A program made the translations under genes and the position numbers. Of a stretch of 64,000 nt of DNA, positions 39,978 to 54,399 are shown one piece after another. The number at the start of each line of letters is the position of its first letter. Positions within the stretch are counted from its first letter, which is position 1. Origin of the DNA: the human T2T-CHM13v2.0 reference genome, Homo sapiens; assembly GCF_009914755.1 (NCBI RefSeq), contig NC_060927.1; one strand, 5' to 3'. Below the pieces are notes generated by a model. It made no database searches. It was given only the letters and a program-made list of their open reading frames with translations, and was not told where the DNA came from.

Positions 39978-42900
39978 TCCAATGTGCATATTATTAGTGT
40001 CCTCTTTCATTCTTAAATGTGTCCTGTTGGGATTATAAGGCATATGATCACCTTCTTTAAAAGTTTATTACACTAAATTTAAATCCAGTACATGTTGATC
40101 CTCTCCTGCACCCTAGTCCATGTTGTATAAAAAACTCTGTCTAAAACAATCAACAATAAAAAACTAGTAATTTCATATGGAGCCTATTCTTTTTTAGGCA
40201 TCACTAATTGTCAAAAGCATCTTTATATGATTGAGCTGAAGTCTGACTTCCTAAGATGATCCAAAACTCCTGTGATCCTAATCTGTCTTCTAGAGCTATA
40301 CAAATAAGGTTAATTTCTCGTTTCATGTTATGCCTTTAATATCTCTGAAGCTAACTATACCCAGTATGTTCTCAATCCTGTCTCCTCCCTGCCCACCCAC
40401 CATAGAATTAATTTTTGCTTAGGCTTAATATTTTCCATTCCATCCATCACTTCTAATAAGAAAATATCTTATTCTCATTGCTTTTCCCAGAAGTCATTAC
40501 AATTTTCTCAATGTTTCTTTAAAACTGTGGTTTCTGGAGACAATACGACCTAGACATGGTCTATGTGCTGTATAGAGTGACACTATTGCCTACCTTATTT
40601 AAAACTTTGAATGCATTTATTAATGTGGTTTAATATCATGTTTGCTTCATCGGCAAGCATAACACATTATGTAGGTGCCTGTGTAATTAATATGTGAAAT
40701 TGAATGCTATTACTTTCTTGACAAATCCCATATTCCATGTTAGAATAATTTTCCTGATTGTAAATAGTTAGATTATATATTTCATAAATACATAAATGAA
40801 TATAGTATAATTATTACTATAATATTATAGTAATAGTATATTACTATTAGTAGTATATTATAATATATACTAATTATTATAGTAATAATAAAGTATATAA
40901 GTACATCAATAATGAATCAATACTTATTTGGAGTAAATTATATAAATTATATGTCAAATATATAAATTATTTAGTTAAAATCATAAGTAATACATTAATG
41001 ACAAAATTATATTTATTATCATATATTATTTTATGTGCATATGTATAATAATCTACCTGAGAAAATGATCTCAAGTTATGTAATATTTTATCATGTTTAG
41101 TGAAATGTAAATGATAGGGAATATAATACATACAACTTTAGTTTGGAGAGAATAAAAATATTTTCAAATAAAATGACTCTAAGCTTTCACCCTGAACATA
41201 ATAGCAGGTGTATTTGGAGAACACGATGCTAATGAATGTCATATTACTCTTAGGTATATTTATATTAAAGACATTTTTTGTTGAAGCTAGCTTGTCTATT
41301 CCAATGCAAACAGGTTCTACTACTTATAATTTTTACAACCTCCTTCTAGTCATAAACCATCCCAATATAGTCCCCATGGTTAGCTATATTTCGTTCGTGC
41401 CACCTTATAACAGCTTGTGTAGAGATATCTTTGCCATTCCTTCACATTATGATATATCTGAGTGCTACATGAGAGTGTCTGGGAATTGGGTAGTTGAGTC
41501 ATCCCTGAGAAGATTTACCACATAGCAACTCATTGTTTACATTGCCTGCAAAGGAATCTCGGCAAAAGAAAAAAAAAAGGAATAACATGCTTCCTTTCAC
41601 TTAGAATAAATTGACATGGTATATATTATACAAAGTGATTACTAATGAAATGAAAAATAGTATATTTGTGCTCATGTATAGAGAATAATGCATTATAATC
41701 AGAAGCCTCTTAAAGTATTTTAATAACACATTTACATGTGATTTTGGTGTAATCTTTTAAATTTACAGCCAAGGAGAGTAGTAGTAAGAAATAATTTTCT
41801 CAGTGTTGAGAACAATGACTAAACCATGTAAAAGGCATGACAAGTATGAAGCGGAGATCTTAGGCCTAAGTTCTTGCAAATGAAGTACCTGGACTTTATA
41901 GGAACAAAGTCAAAGGCTGGAATCTAATCCTTGCTCTGTCGCAACTAATCATACAACCTGAGAAAGTATTTACATTTACTGAGCTTCAGTATGCTCAAGT
42001 GAAAATTGGAGATGCTGAGATAATAGGTGTGAAAAACTCTTTGATAATTGTGAAAAATGTAAGATTCCTGCAGTATGAACAGTTGATTCAAATGAAACAT
42101 TGAGCTTTGGAGAAAGAACTGGCAGATCAGTTGTCCAAAAGTCAAAAGATGGAAGTTCTATTGTCACTGATTCTTGTGTTTCTGGAAAAGTACCTTAATG
42201 CTTCCGAAACTTGGGTCTCTCATCAAAATACTAAAGTTTAATTAGATGATCAATAAGACTACTTTCAAACTCAAAGTTTGATAAATCAAAAATATATAAT
42301 TGGGGTAGATATGCATAAAATGAGGTGTGAAGTTTTGGCAAGTAAAATTATTATAGAAAACAATGAAGAGATGAAGATTATAAGAAAAACATTGAGGCGA
42401 GAGAGGAAATCCACAAAGGAGATACAAGCTTAGACTAGTAAGAAAAGAAACAAAACATGTATTACCCAACAGGGGAAAAAGAAAGAATTTAATATTTATT
42501 GTACACCTTGTGCCTATCAGCCATATGATAGATCCTCTACATGCTATATCTGATTTCACTCTCACAACAAACCATGAAGTGCATTTTTACTACTATTATT
42601 CTATACATGAGATGATTTAGGGCCCAAAAGCCTGAGCCAGAGAGGGTGGGGCTGCAGTTAATATCCAGGTAAAGTTTCTATCTTATGCTGCCTCTCACTT
42701 GCCATGAAATATGTGGAAGCCAAATTATAGTTATTAAAGAGAAAATGGTTGATAGTGAAACATACCCTGAAAGATTTCTGATAAAAATGTAAAAACCAAT
42801 GGAGTGAGAGGAGTAACAGAAGCAGAAATGGGAAGGAAAGAGTAAGGGGCTTGGGTTCAATGAACACATCTGGCAAAGATTAGTTTGGGTAATAGATTGG

Positions 42901-43626
42901 AGTTAAACAGAAATAAATGGGCCATACTGATAAGGAGAACCCATCTGTGATCAGAGAATATGAGATTCCAGTGGATCTATTTGGGAGGCTATATTAATAT
43001 GCTGTGGTAATACTTCTTATCTAAAGGACAGAATAAAGGGTGACAGCAATCCAGACTGGATATTTTCAAGATATTCACAGAAAAATCAAAGAGGATATAA
43101 GAGCAGACAATGTTGGAATAGTTGACCATGTATTCTCAGTTGGGTAGGAATCATGTAAAAGTATAAAGAACTGACAGGTTACAGAAACACGAAAGGAATA
43201 ATCTTTATCAAAAAGATATTTCTGACAAAACATTTCACATTTTTGCTTTAGCTCTACAATCATAGGCACTTCTTGTTTAAATGAATGATTTAAAATCCTT
43301 CACCAACAGCAACAAGAATTTTTCCTCCACAGAGTTCTCACATAACCGATTAGAATTCGGAATAATAAAGGAAATAACATATTACATTGAACTACCAGTC
43401 AGCAAGTTGTCATTTTGCAGTCCCAACTAACAAAAAAAATGCACATACTAAGAATGGATGAAATATGAGCTCTATTTTTGTCCTTATTAACAATTCAGTA
43501 AAGCAAACTCTAATTTTTTTTAAAAATCCCCTTTTTATTTTTCTATACTCTTAAAAATCATGAGTTGTCTTTTATTATACGAATTTACTGCGTGCTTTTC
43601 TACAAGATTTTTAACAAGAGTGTAAA

Positions 43627-43869
43627 GATCGAGACCATCCTGGCTAACGGGGTGAAACCCCGTCTCTACTAAAAAAATACAAAAAATTAGCCGGGCGCGG
43701 TGGCGGGCGCCTGTAGTCCCAGCTACTCAGGAGGCTGAGGCAGGAGAATGGCGTGAACCCAGGAAGCGGAGCTTGCAGTGAGCCGAGATTGCGCCATTGC
43801 AGTCCGCAGTCCGGCGTGGGCAACAGAGCGAGACTCTGTCTCAAAAAAAAAAAAAAAAAAAAAAAAAAA
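43627..43869 (+). mobile_element. 5'-truncated AluYb8-lineage element
   Basis: Yb-diagnostic 7-nt duplication (gcagtccgcagtcc), plus ggaagcgg, gagattgcg and gggcgcggtggc; A27 tail; TSD aagagtgtaaa at 43616-43626 and 43868-43878. Confidence 0.92.
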
Positions 43870-45129
43870 GAGTGTAAAAGATAACTTTATAACTGATTTT
43901 TATAGTTTAATAGTGTTCTGCTTTTCTTTAGTTAAAAAGACATTAATATATAATTATATGCCATGGCTACTACTGAAACTAGGCTTTTTGTTGTTCACTT
44001 CTGGGGAAAAAAAATGCTAACCTCCCTTTCTGCTACTTATTCTCCCAATCTCTCTTCCCCATTCCCCATCTGATAAACACATACTTTTCTTTCCAAAGCC
44101 AACTTAGAGGACACCACTCTTTAGAGCCTTCTCTAACACCCAACAACAGTTAGCTTACAAAAAAACTAACCACTCTTGACTGTGCCAAGGTGACAGGCAC
44201 TTTGGTGTTAGTTGTTAAAGGAACAGAATGGGGCTGGTGAGCCACCATCAAAGCCTGGCTCTGATATGAGCTGTGCCATCTTGAGGAAGTCATTACCCTC
44301 TCTGAGCCTCAGCTTGCTCAAGATAGATATCAATATTATAGCTATTGTTTGTATACATTTCTACATAGCATCTGATTAGTAATCATATATATGTAGGTAT
44401 ATATAATACGTTAGACAAATATTAGGCACATATATGCATATATTAGACAAATAAACTCAATCATGTATTGCCCCTATCCCCAGAATCTAACACAGTCCTC
44501 ATAATAAAGAATGTAGCTAATAAATAGTTTTCTGAATTAGTAAACGAACAATAAAAACAACAGTAATAGCAGTCTATTATTTACTAAGGCCACTGGCCCA
44601 TGGCATGTGTTAGCAATTGCACAATCTTATTTAACCTCAATAACCATTAAATAATTTATGGAGTATCTTCATTTTATTGTTGATATTGCTGAATTTTGGA
44701 GTTAAATAGCTTGTACTGCATCATATGATGAATATGAGCTCATGTTAGTCTGATGCCAAAACTGAATGAATAAATGAATGAATGAAACAAATGGGTTATT
44801 CAATCAAGTTAAGCCCACACATGACAGAGGAAGAGATAGCCAGATCCTACAATGGATCCTGCTCTCTGGCTTCTAGGTATGTGCTTTTCATGTGTGAAGT
44901 CTCTTTTACTCACATTCTAGCTCTCTTGGACCAGGAAAGATGGAAACAATGACTTGCACCACACATCACATGGAAGTACAAAGAAAATGTTTGTTTCCAG
45001 AAGCATATTCATGAAATCTAGTCTAAACAACAAAAAAAAATTATATTGTTTCCTCTTTTTTAAAAAAATGCCTCGTCAGCTGTAATCAAGTAAACAATTC
45101 ACTTTTATATATCTCTTAAAAATAATCTA

Positions 45130-45441
<312 letters not shown>

Positions 45442-45689
45442 ACTTAAAAGCCACTTACTTGTGATTGCTACTTTTTAAGTTCCTTCTCTACAGTGTCTTA
45501 AAATGTCTAATCAGTTTTATAGACTTATATAATTACAGTCTCAAGGATTGAAAAATTTAAAAATCTTTCATCACTTCAAACATTCGGCAAAATCCTTTTC
45601 TAACTATAATGTCATTCTGTTTTGGTGCAAAGTTAGACTTGTTCCCAGAGTTGGTAGGCAAATTTTGATGGTTTTGAGGCTTTGTATGG

Positions 45690-45993
45690 TTTCCTTTTTT
45701 TCTTTGTTTTGAGACAGGGTCTTACTCTGTCACCCAGGCTGGTGTGCAGTAGTGTAATTATAGCTCACTGTAGCCTCCAACTTCTGAGTTCAAGTGATTC
45801 TCCTGCCTCAGCCTCGCGAGTAACTGGGACAACAAGTGCGCACCACCATGCCAGGTTAATTTTTTAAAATTTGTGTAGACACAGGTTCTTATCATATTGC
45901 CCAGGCTGGTCTTGAACTCCTGGCTCCAAGCAGACCTCCAGCCTCAGCCTCCCAAAGTGCTGGGATTACGAGTGTAAGCCACCACACCCAGCC
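45690..45993 (-). mobile_element. AluJ
   Basis: gagacagggtcttactctg and atagctcactgtagcctc are J features. Confidence 0.9.
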
Positions 45994-47834
45994 CTCCACA
46001 TGTTGTTTAAAAAGAAATAAGTCTTCCATGCTGAGATCTCACGGTTGGTGTGCTTTGGAGCAAGCTGTTCTCTCACAACGGTGTCTCTACCTTTCCTTTG
46101 AGGGGCATTTGAACTCCCCTCTCAGCGCCTGCAGGAGATTGGCTGTACCTAGCAACAAAATAATCTGTGCAGTCCAGATTGCAAAGAGGATGGATCATTC
46201 AATAGGTCCATCCATTACATGTGAAAAGATGTTCCTTCAGGCAAGCCTACCAACAAATCCTATATTTTAACTATTGTACTGACTCTGTTAATTTATATGT
46301 CTGTAGAGTTTCAGAATCCTCATCACATGGGCCTTTTAAATTTCCACTCTTCTGCCTGGAATATTCTCTCTTTAAATCTCATAAGGCCAGCTCCTTATTC
46401 AGTACTCAGTTCAGTTTCCCCCAGGAGAATCTTACCTGACCATGCCAATTGCACCCCAGTTTTCCCATATTTCATCATCTTCTATTATGTTTTTTATAAC
46501 GCTTAGGACCATTTGAAGTAATTCTGTAATTTATTTATTTCTTTAACAGAATGTAAGCCTCTTGTTCACCACCAAGGTAACATCTAGGCCATAAATCAGC
46601 CAATAAATTTAAGAGAAAAGAGGCATTTTAAAAGACTGTGTTTTTCTAAGTTCTCATAGCAACTTGTCGAAAATTCTACTATATAATTTACTATTTGGAA
46701 ATATATATATCTAATATTTTATATATACATATAAATTATTCCATTAGACCCTTACCTTAAAGAATGGTAATATTCTATTCATTTCATATACTGTATAGAC
46801 AGTGTCCATCAAATATTTGTAGTTTTATTACATCTTTAACAAAATATAGTTGAACATAGCTATGTTTTAAGCAGAGCTGTGTTTTAAGCCAAATTATATG
46901 AATAATTACCTCTCACTGATCATGTGGTCTTCAAGGTGTTTTACTTCTACTAAAATTTTCTTAGTTCTTTGAACTTACTCTATGTCCAAGAATGTGTATG
47001 TAAAGATAAAACTTAATAAAGTACCATTTCCTCCATCTCTTCACATTCTATATTTCTTTTGATAGCACTGAAATAAGGAGATCTTCACTAAATAAAATAA
47101 ATTTCTGTGCTTGGCAACTAATAGAAAAGTGATAATAAATAATACCTATGTTACTAGTGCTTTAACTATTTTATATTCTATGTTTATGTTCTATGGAAAC
47201 TCCATAGAGTTAGACAGGTTAAAATGTAGAATTAATTTTAAGTCACTTACTTTATGGTATAGAAAATGTCCTTCCTGATTCTGTGTCAAGAGGTGATTCC
47301 GTGTAGCTTGAGTGCTTTTGGATTCAAGAGGTTAAGAGTGACCTCTGGTGGCAATGGTATTTCTCACTCACCCTTACTCTAAAGGGGAGAAAACTGGCTT
47401 CCAAGATTGCTTTCCACATTCTAAGACTGACAGAGTTTATAGTTCAAGAGAATCGGTCATAATCAGTCATACGTAAGTCAATGTTTAACCTGCTTTTTGG
47501 GGGTTGGGGGTGGAGAGGCAGAAGGCAGAAGAAACCTTCGTCTCTAGTATTCGCTTATTTATTGGGTGCAAAATGTCTTTGGTGTAAATGCCAACCACGG
47601 CATTTCAAGCCATGTCAATGAGACATTCCTGAACACAGGGTTGCAAAAAAACTGGTTATCATCAGCTTTAGCCAGTGGGTGCAATCTGGTTCCAGCACAC
47701 CATTGGTTGAAACCCTTTTTGGGGGCCCTTTACAACCCTCTCCTTGATACATATTCAAAGCTAGTCAAACAAAGCACTGACAGCAGTGAGTTTTCTGTTA
47801 TCATTATGGAGAGAACAATGCCTCCAGGAAGGAG

Positions 47835-48007
47835 AGTGGCTGGATAAATACAGGATCCCCAGGTAAATTTGAATAGCAAACAAAATGGCAATTTTTTTAT
47901 TATAAGTATATCACAGCTATTACATGAGATGTCTTTATATTAATTTTTTTTGAGATTCACATTTAACTGAGCACATGTATTTTCATTTGCTAAATCTGAC
48001 AATCTTA
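47835..48007. mobile_element. MER53-like hAT MITE
   Basis: aaatacagga.ccc.aggtaaatttgaat...atttaactg...tttgctaaatctgacaatc. Confidence 0.6.
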
Positions 48008-49199
48008 GAAGGATCACAGAATGAAAAGTTTAAGAGAAAATGAAATATTGGCCAGGTTTAGCAGCCTGTAAATGCTCTCAACTAGTGCTCTACAGCTGGT
48101 GGAGATCTCAACCAGTGATTCTAAATGATTTACACATGAGACAAGACAGATTCCCTGAGCCTTTGAGGCACCAATGGCAGGGCTAGGGTGTTCAGAGCCC
48201 CCAGCTATCATCACGTGCCTCTAGAGGCCCAGTCCATATCTCCCAGGGTAATGTGATATTATCCCATCTATGTTTGTCATTGCTTGAGGAAGGTTGGAAG
48301 GTTTTCTTCTACAGTGCTTGTTCCTTCTCTCTTACCTCCACTAAGGTCTACCCTAGTTGCCAGACACTGGTATGGCTCCAGACAGAATGTTCATAGAGTT
48401 CTCCAGTCTGGCAACATGATGGGGCTCAGCCATAGATCCACTGATGACCATGAAACTCTACATCACCCTGGTCCATCCTGGTGGCATCCCTGACTGGCCA
48501 TTGAAGTTTCTGCCCTTCTGAAGGAAAGAGAGCACATCTTCGAGATGCTTGAGGTTCATAAAAAGGAATTTTCAGGAATTGAAGCAACTTTAATGAAAGC
48601 CAGACTTGAGAACACTTTAACAGAAATACAAAGACCTGGAAATCTCCAATTCTTTATGTTGGCTTTTTAAAAGTTACCTAGAAAAAAGACTGAAAGAAGA
48701 GAAATCTCAATGTTTAGAACAAGCTGGGCTGATAATAAATGTAACAAGAAAGACTCAGTGTTTTAATGGCAAATGGTGCATCAAAACATTTAAAATTTCA
48801 AGTAGCTGCTTCAACTACATTTCAGCTAAAACACTCTTCATTATACATCAGCAAAATGAAGCACAACTTCAGACATTAAAATGCTTTGATAAAAATTCTA
48901 ATCATGAGGAAAGTATGAAGACTTTTTTATAAGCAGAAAGATGGGAAAGAAGAGTTAGTGAACACTAAATGAAATGCAATGCTATAAAATGCAAAAGTGG
49001 TATGGAACAAGTTCTAAAAGTAAAAATCAGATCAAATTTCTAGGTTAACCCTTGCTGAAGCTCAGTGATCTGACTGCTGTTATTGGAGAAGACGACATGG
49101 ATGGTGGGAACTTGGAATTTCCTAAAACAAATGTTTCAGGAAATGGAGATTTCTTAGAAGTTTTGAAGAAATGGACTGATGTGGCCTAGTAAAACTTAC

Positions 49200-49690
49200 T
49201 GTGGAAGCTGAATAATGTCCCCTACTCTCCCTGGCAAAGGTATCCATGTCCTAAGTCCCAGAACAAAAATGTAAATGTATTCTATTCACTTACATGTCAA
49301 AAGAGACTTCATAGATATAATCAATTTAAGTATCTTGAGATGGGGAGAGTACCCTGGGATACCTGGGTGAGCTCCAAAGTAATCACACAGGTTCTTGTAA
49401 AAGGGAGGCAGAAAGATCCAAGTCCAGGAAGGAAATGATGCAATGAAAGCAGAGGTTGAAGAGATGTGGTTATGAATCAAGCAACGTAGGCCACCTCCAG
49501 AAACTGTGAGAGAAGGGATGGATTCTCCGATAGCGCTGCTCGAAGAACTGCAGCCCTGTTGATACACTGATTTTACCCCAGGGAAACTGATTTCAGACTG
49601 CTGATGTCCAGAATGCAAGATAATAAATTTACATTGTTTTAAGCCACTGTTTGTGGTAATTTGTTACAGCAAGCATAGAAAACACACTTA
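49200..49690 (+). mobile_element. MLT1 (MLT1C/D-like) solo LTR
   Basis: tgaataatg.cccc...tcttgagatgggg...taaatttacattgttttaagccact...gtaatttgttacagc. Confidence 0.8.
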
Positions 49691-52600
49691 TTTTAACAGA
49701 GAAGAAATAAATGAAATGTACATTAAAATAACTGAAGAAGATAAAATAATCAATGTACCTAAATATTATATTAAAAGTATTAAACTGAGCAGATTTGCTG
49801 CAACCAAGAAATCATGGTCAGAAAGTAAAAAGCAATAGTTCCAGAAGATATTTCATGTCCTTCTTCAACTACATCAAGAAAAACAAATGGATTTTCATGA
49901 AATACACAATTTAGAGTAAATTTACCACAAAAAAATAAAGAAGAATCTTACCAAACCAATTGATAAAAACAGCCTTTCATGTTAAGAGCTAGACATGCCA
50001 AAATCTTTCAGAAACAGTGTAAATGATCACTGGCAAGTATCATCGTCAGCGTGTTTCCCATGAAAGAAAAGCTCATGCTAGCAGGTTGAGAATACTGATA
50101 ACGAAGAGTAACTGATGAGTTCAGGAAGGAAAAATGGCAACTTTAGACAGGAAGTTTTCGAGTTAGAATTGAATATGAACATTTTGAGAAGTATCTTGAT
50201 ATCCCCGGTGTTCTAAATTGGACATTTGGCAGAGGCCCGAGAAGCCCACCAGGGAATGCTCTCTAGATCCCAAGGAAGGTGCAATAGTGTAGAAAATGAG
50301 GGTCTAGTGGCTATTAAAGATAAGATGCCGCCCCCCTCCCCCGCCCCAGTGTTAGAACCCTAGGAGAAGGAGATGCACCAGCGGCTCCACAAGGGAAAGA
50401 CAGAGTACATCATGATGCTCCTTGTACTGGCATTTGCTGGGGACCTTCTTTTGATTTAACTCTCCCAAATGAAATGGAGAGGCTAGTCTTCAACTAGTCT
50501 ACTCAATGAGTCTACAGCAAATGGTTTTTTTTTTTAATCTTCTAAAACAATTTTAATGTTTTTCTATCTTGGCAATATTAAGGACCACTGTTTAAGGGAT
50601 TAGATGATAGTGCAAATAGAAATTTTAAAGGTTATAATTCTTAGCATAGTACTTTATTAATGTATACATATTTTATATTTATATTAGAAATGTAAATCTA
50701 TAATGCATAAATATTTATATGTGAATCTGATTGTAAATTGTTTCTATTTTATTTTAATTTTAGATCATGTAATTATACTATTTTTTGGTTGATATTTAGC
50801 AAGACTCTTCTATGGCTCAGAAACACAGAAGTTTTTTTGCCTCTCTTCCAAAAGAAGAATTTCCTTTTGTTTAGTTTCACTGTTATTATACAAGCAAATG
50901 GAAAGGTGACAAAAATGTTAATTGTTGAGAATATTTTATATATCTCATTTATTTAAAAGTGAATTTCATGAGTAAATTATTCCCTTTTCTTCTATTTTGT
51001 AGCTAGTGTATAGATAGTATTTCAGTTGATGGTGTTTAAAAAGCCCCCTGTAATGTGCACTGTAGTAATGGTTTTATAGGAACAGTCTCACTTTTGGATA
51101 TTTTCAAAATTCAATGTCCATTTGTGTATGCCAAGGGCTGAATTTGCTCTAGTTTTCAGATTAATATGTTTACATGAATAAATTTTAGTTTGAAAGAAAT
51201 ACATATCTATGTCTCTTATTGAGCTTCTCATAAGATCCAAATCCCCATTATGGCCTATAAGGCCCTGTGTGAGCTGGACCCTGCTGTTCCCCCAGACCTC
51301 ATCTAGAGCTCTCTGTGCTCTGGGCACCCTGACCACCTACCAGAAGCTCCAAGGCCCCACGCTGCTCTTCTCTTTTGTTCACTCTGTTCTTTCTAACTGA
51401 AATCCTTTTCTGCTTATACTCTGCCCATTTTCCAATTGAAATTAATTTCAATTAAATTTCCCAATTGAAATTAATTCCTCCTGTTCCTCTTTTCATCCTA
51501 TGCTTTTCCAAATTTCTTGGCTACCATTTATGACAATTTGTAATTATATAACTATGTATGCGATTATGTGTTGGATGTACATATCCATCCCACATCTCCA
51601 CATAGTCAGGGACTGTAGCTTTTTTCTTCATTCACTTTTTCCAGTGTTTTTAGGGCAGGGGATGAAGGCGGCGCAGGGCATTTGGATAGGACAGTTCTAC
51701 CTTGTGCATGCGTATTAAGTAGGTTTTGTGCAATACCCATGCATAACAAATGACCTTCAAAACTTAGGGGCTACGATGACAAAGATTTACTTTTTAATTG
51801 CAGTTCTGTTGATCAGCACTTGTTCCTCTGGGCTTTGCTAGGTCTGAGTTTCAAGTTTGCTGTCATCAGTCTGGTTTGTTTTTTATTCAAGGGCCCAGGC
51901 TAAAATTTTGAACAATAGCTACAGAATCATCTTCTTCTCACGAGGGGTACCCTAAGCACACTAGAGCAAGCAGAAGACAGCACACTTCTTAAAGCCTCAA
52001 CTTGAATTGACATATTCTCATGTCTGCTCACTCCCACTAATCAAATCAAGTCATGTGAAGGAGGGAGCTAAACCACCCACTTGTCAATACCCTACATTCA
52101 TATAATTCCCTACGGGGCTGATAGCAAAACCCTTCTCCCCTTACCCTGCTCCTATAGAGAAACCTTCCTAGTGCCTGCTAGACAATAATGACTAACTAGG
52201 TATTGTGAATAAACTTACTTTGACAAATTGTCGTCCAGAATGGTTTTAATAATGTACACAATATTTGGGAGTGTTATTAGCATTGATAAAAGGGCTTTCT
52301 ATATTAACAATCTAAGTACAAATACCTAATTTACTTTTCTTGGAGGCTGTGTTTTTTTTATTTTTCCTTTTATGTTTTATTTTTAAATCTGTGATACTCT
52401 TGCCATATATAATTTCACCATTTACCAGCTTGTTTTTAAATGGTTTGAATATTTTGACAAGCAGAGGTTTTGTTGTTGTTTGTTTCTTGTTTTTTTGTTT
52501 TTGTCGTTGTTTTTGTTTCTGTTTTTACATGTTTTTTATTTCTTGTACTTTGACAGCATCAGTCAATCTTTTTAATGACAATTTATAGTCTATAAGATGA

Positions 52601-52959
52601 ACATATCATAACTTATCTAATGTTTCTTGTTGTGGATAAAGTTGTTTTCATTTTTTTCTTTTACAAATAATAATGTGATGAAGATCTTTGTAGGTTATCA
52701 AGACTTCATATAATTTTTTGAAAGATCCTAGAAAAAGATGGATCAAGTTCAAAAGTATTTTTAAAGTTATTTACATATTTTGTCAAATTATTCTCCAGAG
52801 AAGTTGTACTACTTTTCCCTCCCTTGTACACAAGACTGTGCAAGAGCCATCAACGCTTCTCGACCTAAATATTAACATTAAAGATATTTTGGACCAATTT
52901 AATGGTGAATGTTATCTTATTTTAATAGTACCAAAGGATAAGTACAAGATTCTGCATTG

Positions 52960-53950
52960 TGGGGAGATTGCGAGACAAATGAACTTTTAAAAGATATTTG
53001 GGAACAGACGAAATGGCCTGCTCTGCTGAGAAACTGAAAGGGCTTGAGACCCAGAGTGAAGCGAAAGGAAAATAAAATAGCACTTTGGGATGGAAAGGGG
53101 ACGCCAGCACACCCCAGGTCTGTACCCCTGGCCTCGCAGTCTTCGGGGTCCCTGACAGGCAGTAGGGCTCAAAAGGAAGCCAAGTGCAGCTGCAGGGGGC
53201 TTCTCTCCGAGGGTCGCCCCGCAGTCTCTGGGTTATGATCCCCACGCGAGTACCTGGGAGTTCCCAGCCATTCGGCCCCTACAGGAGGACCAGGCAGAGG
53301 AATTTCTGATTCATGTGTTTTTCCGTGGGATGCCAGAAAGGGAGTTTTGAGAGCTCCTACACCAGCTTAGCTTGGGAGCCCCTCCGCAACAACCATCCAG
53401 GTCCCGGAAGATGCCAGCTCTGCCTGGCGCCCGCAGCCCAGATCTCCTGCCCGGAGTACGGGGGCGCGGGCGCAGCCACCAAAGCTGAAATGTGACCGCG
53501 TCCCGGTCCCTTCCTGCTCTGGGGCGCGAAGCTGCCAAGAAACCGGCTGCGGTCTCCAGGAGGGGCCAGGAGGCAAAATGGAAGGAAGCGCTGGATCTCC
53601 GCGGCGGAAGTCATTCTTATGCCCTGCCAAAGGGTAGAGGGCAGCAACCGACTTGTGCGAAAGGAGGGAACGTGTGGGTCTGCCAGGGTCCTGCAGGGGG
53701 GATGAGACCCTCGCTCCGCTCCGGCGATCCCTTCGCTCTCCACCCTCGGCCAGCCCCTCCTGTCCTCCATCAGGCCTCGCTGAGGATACCTCCTGGGTTC
53801 CAAAGCGCGAGTTGAACCTGAGCTTGACATTCATTCCGTCTCGTACAAAAGCCATGCCTGCGGGGAGAGGGAGAAAATTTCCTACAGGAGCCTCAAGACT
53901 GCGTTTCAGGAAGCCCTAGGACCCACTGATCCTGCAGCTGCGCCTCTCAC
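52960..53950. promoter_or_regulatory. CpG island, probable promoter (lncRNA start; possibly LINC00506)
   Basis: About 1 kb, GC- and CpG-rich, and not a recognisable repeat, in AT-rich surroundings. GC-box-like ggggcgcgggcg (~53461) and ETS motif CGGAAGT (53605-53611). The lncRNA identity is recollection only. Confidence 0.8.
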
Positions 53951-54399
53951 TCGCCTCAGGTTTGGATTAATTGTCACTTTCTGTTAAGCTGACATTTATG
54001 GAGGGCCTAGTGCGTCCTGGGTGCTGCGCTATTTAGGCTGTTGCACAGAGGAGTGGCCAACTCCAGCAAGGCTCTTGCTTTGCTGCTTCCCCATTCTTCC
54101 TCCGCCTGTAATCCAGACAAAAGCCCACATTGTAACCAATCCAGGGGCAGCTTAGCAGTGCCAAGCAGGCAGCTCAGAGGCCACTGGTAGGACAGGGCAT
54201 GATCAACAGGCCTCCTGATATTTTCTAACATACGTATTAACAAGAAAGAGGAAATTAAAAAACGAAGATGGACAACAGAACTTCACTCTGACTTGAGTGA
54301 CTTTTATCCTCATTTGGATAATAGTTTTCAAAAATTATTTGTGAGTGTATATGTGCTATTCACAAAGCAATGGCTACTGACCCAACACGTATTTACATC

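Noticed and set aside
53357-53855. 157-aa and 162-aa minus-strand ORFs in the CpG island
   Set aside because: Overlapping ORFs in several frames on both strands, Arg/Pro/Gly-rich, with no domain motif; expected from GC-rich, stop-poor DNA.
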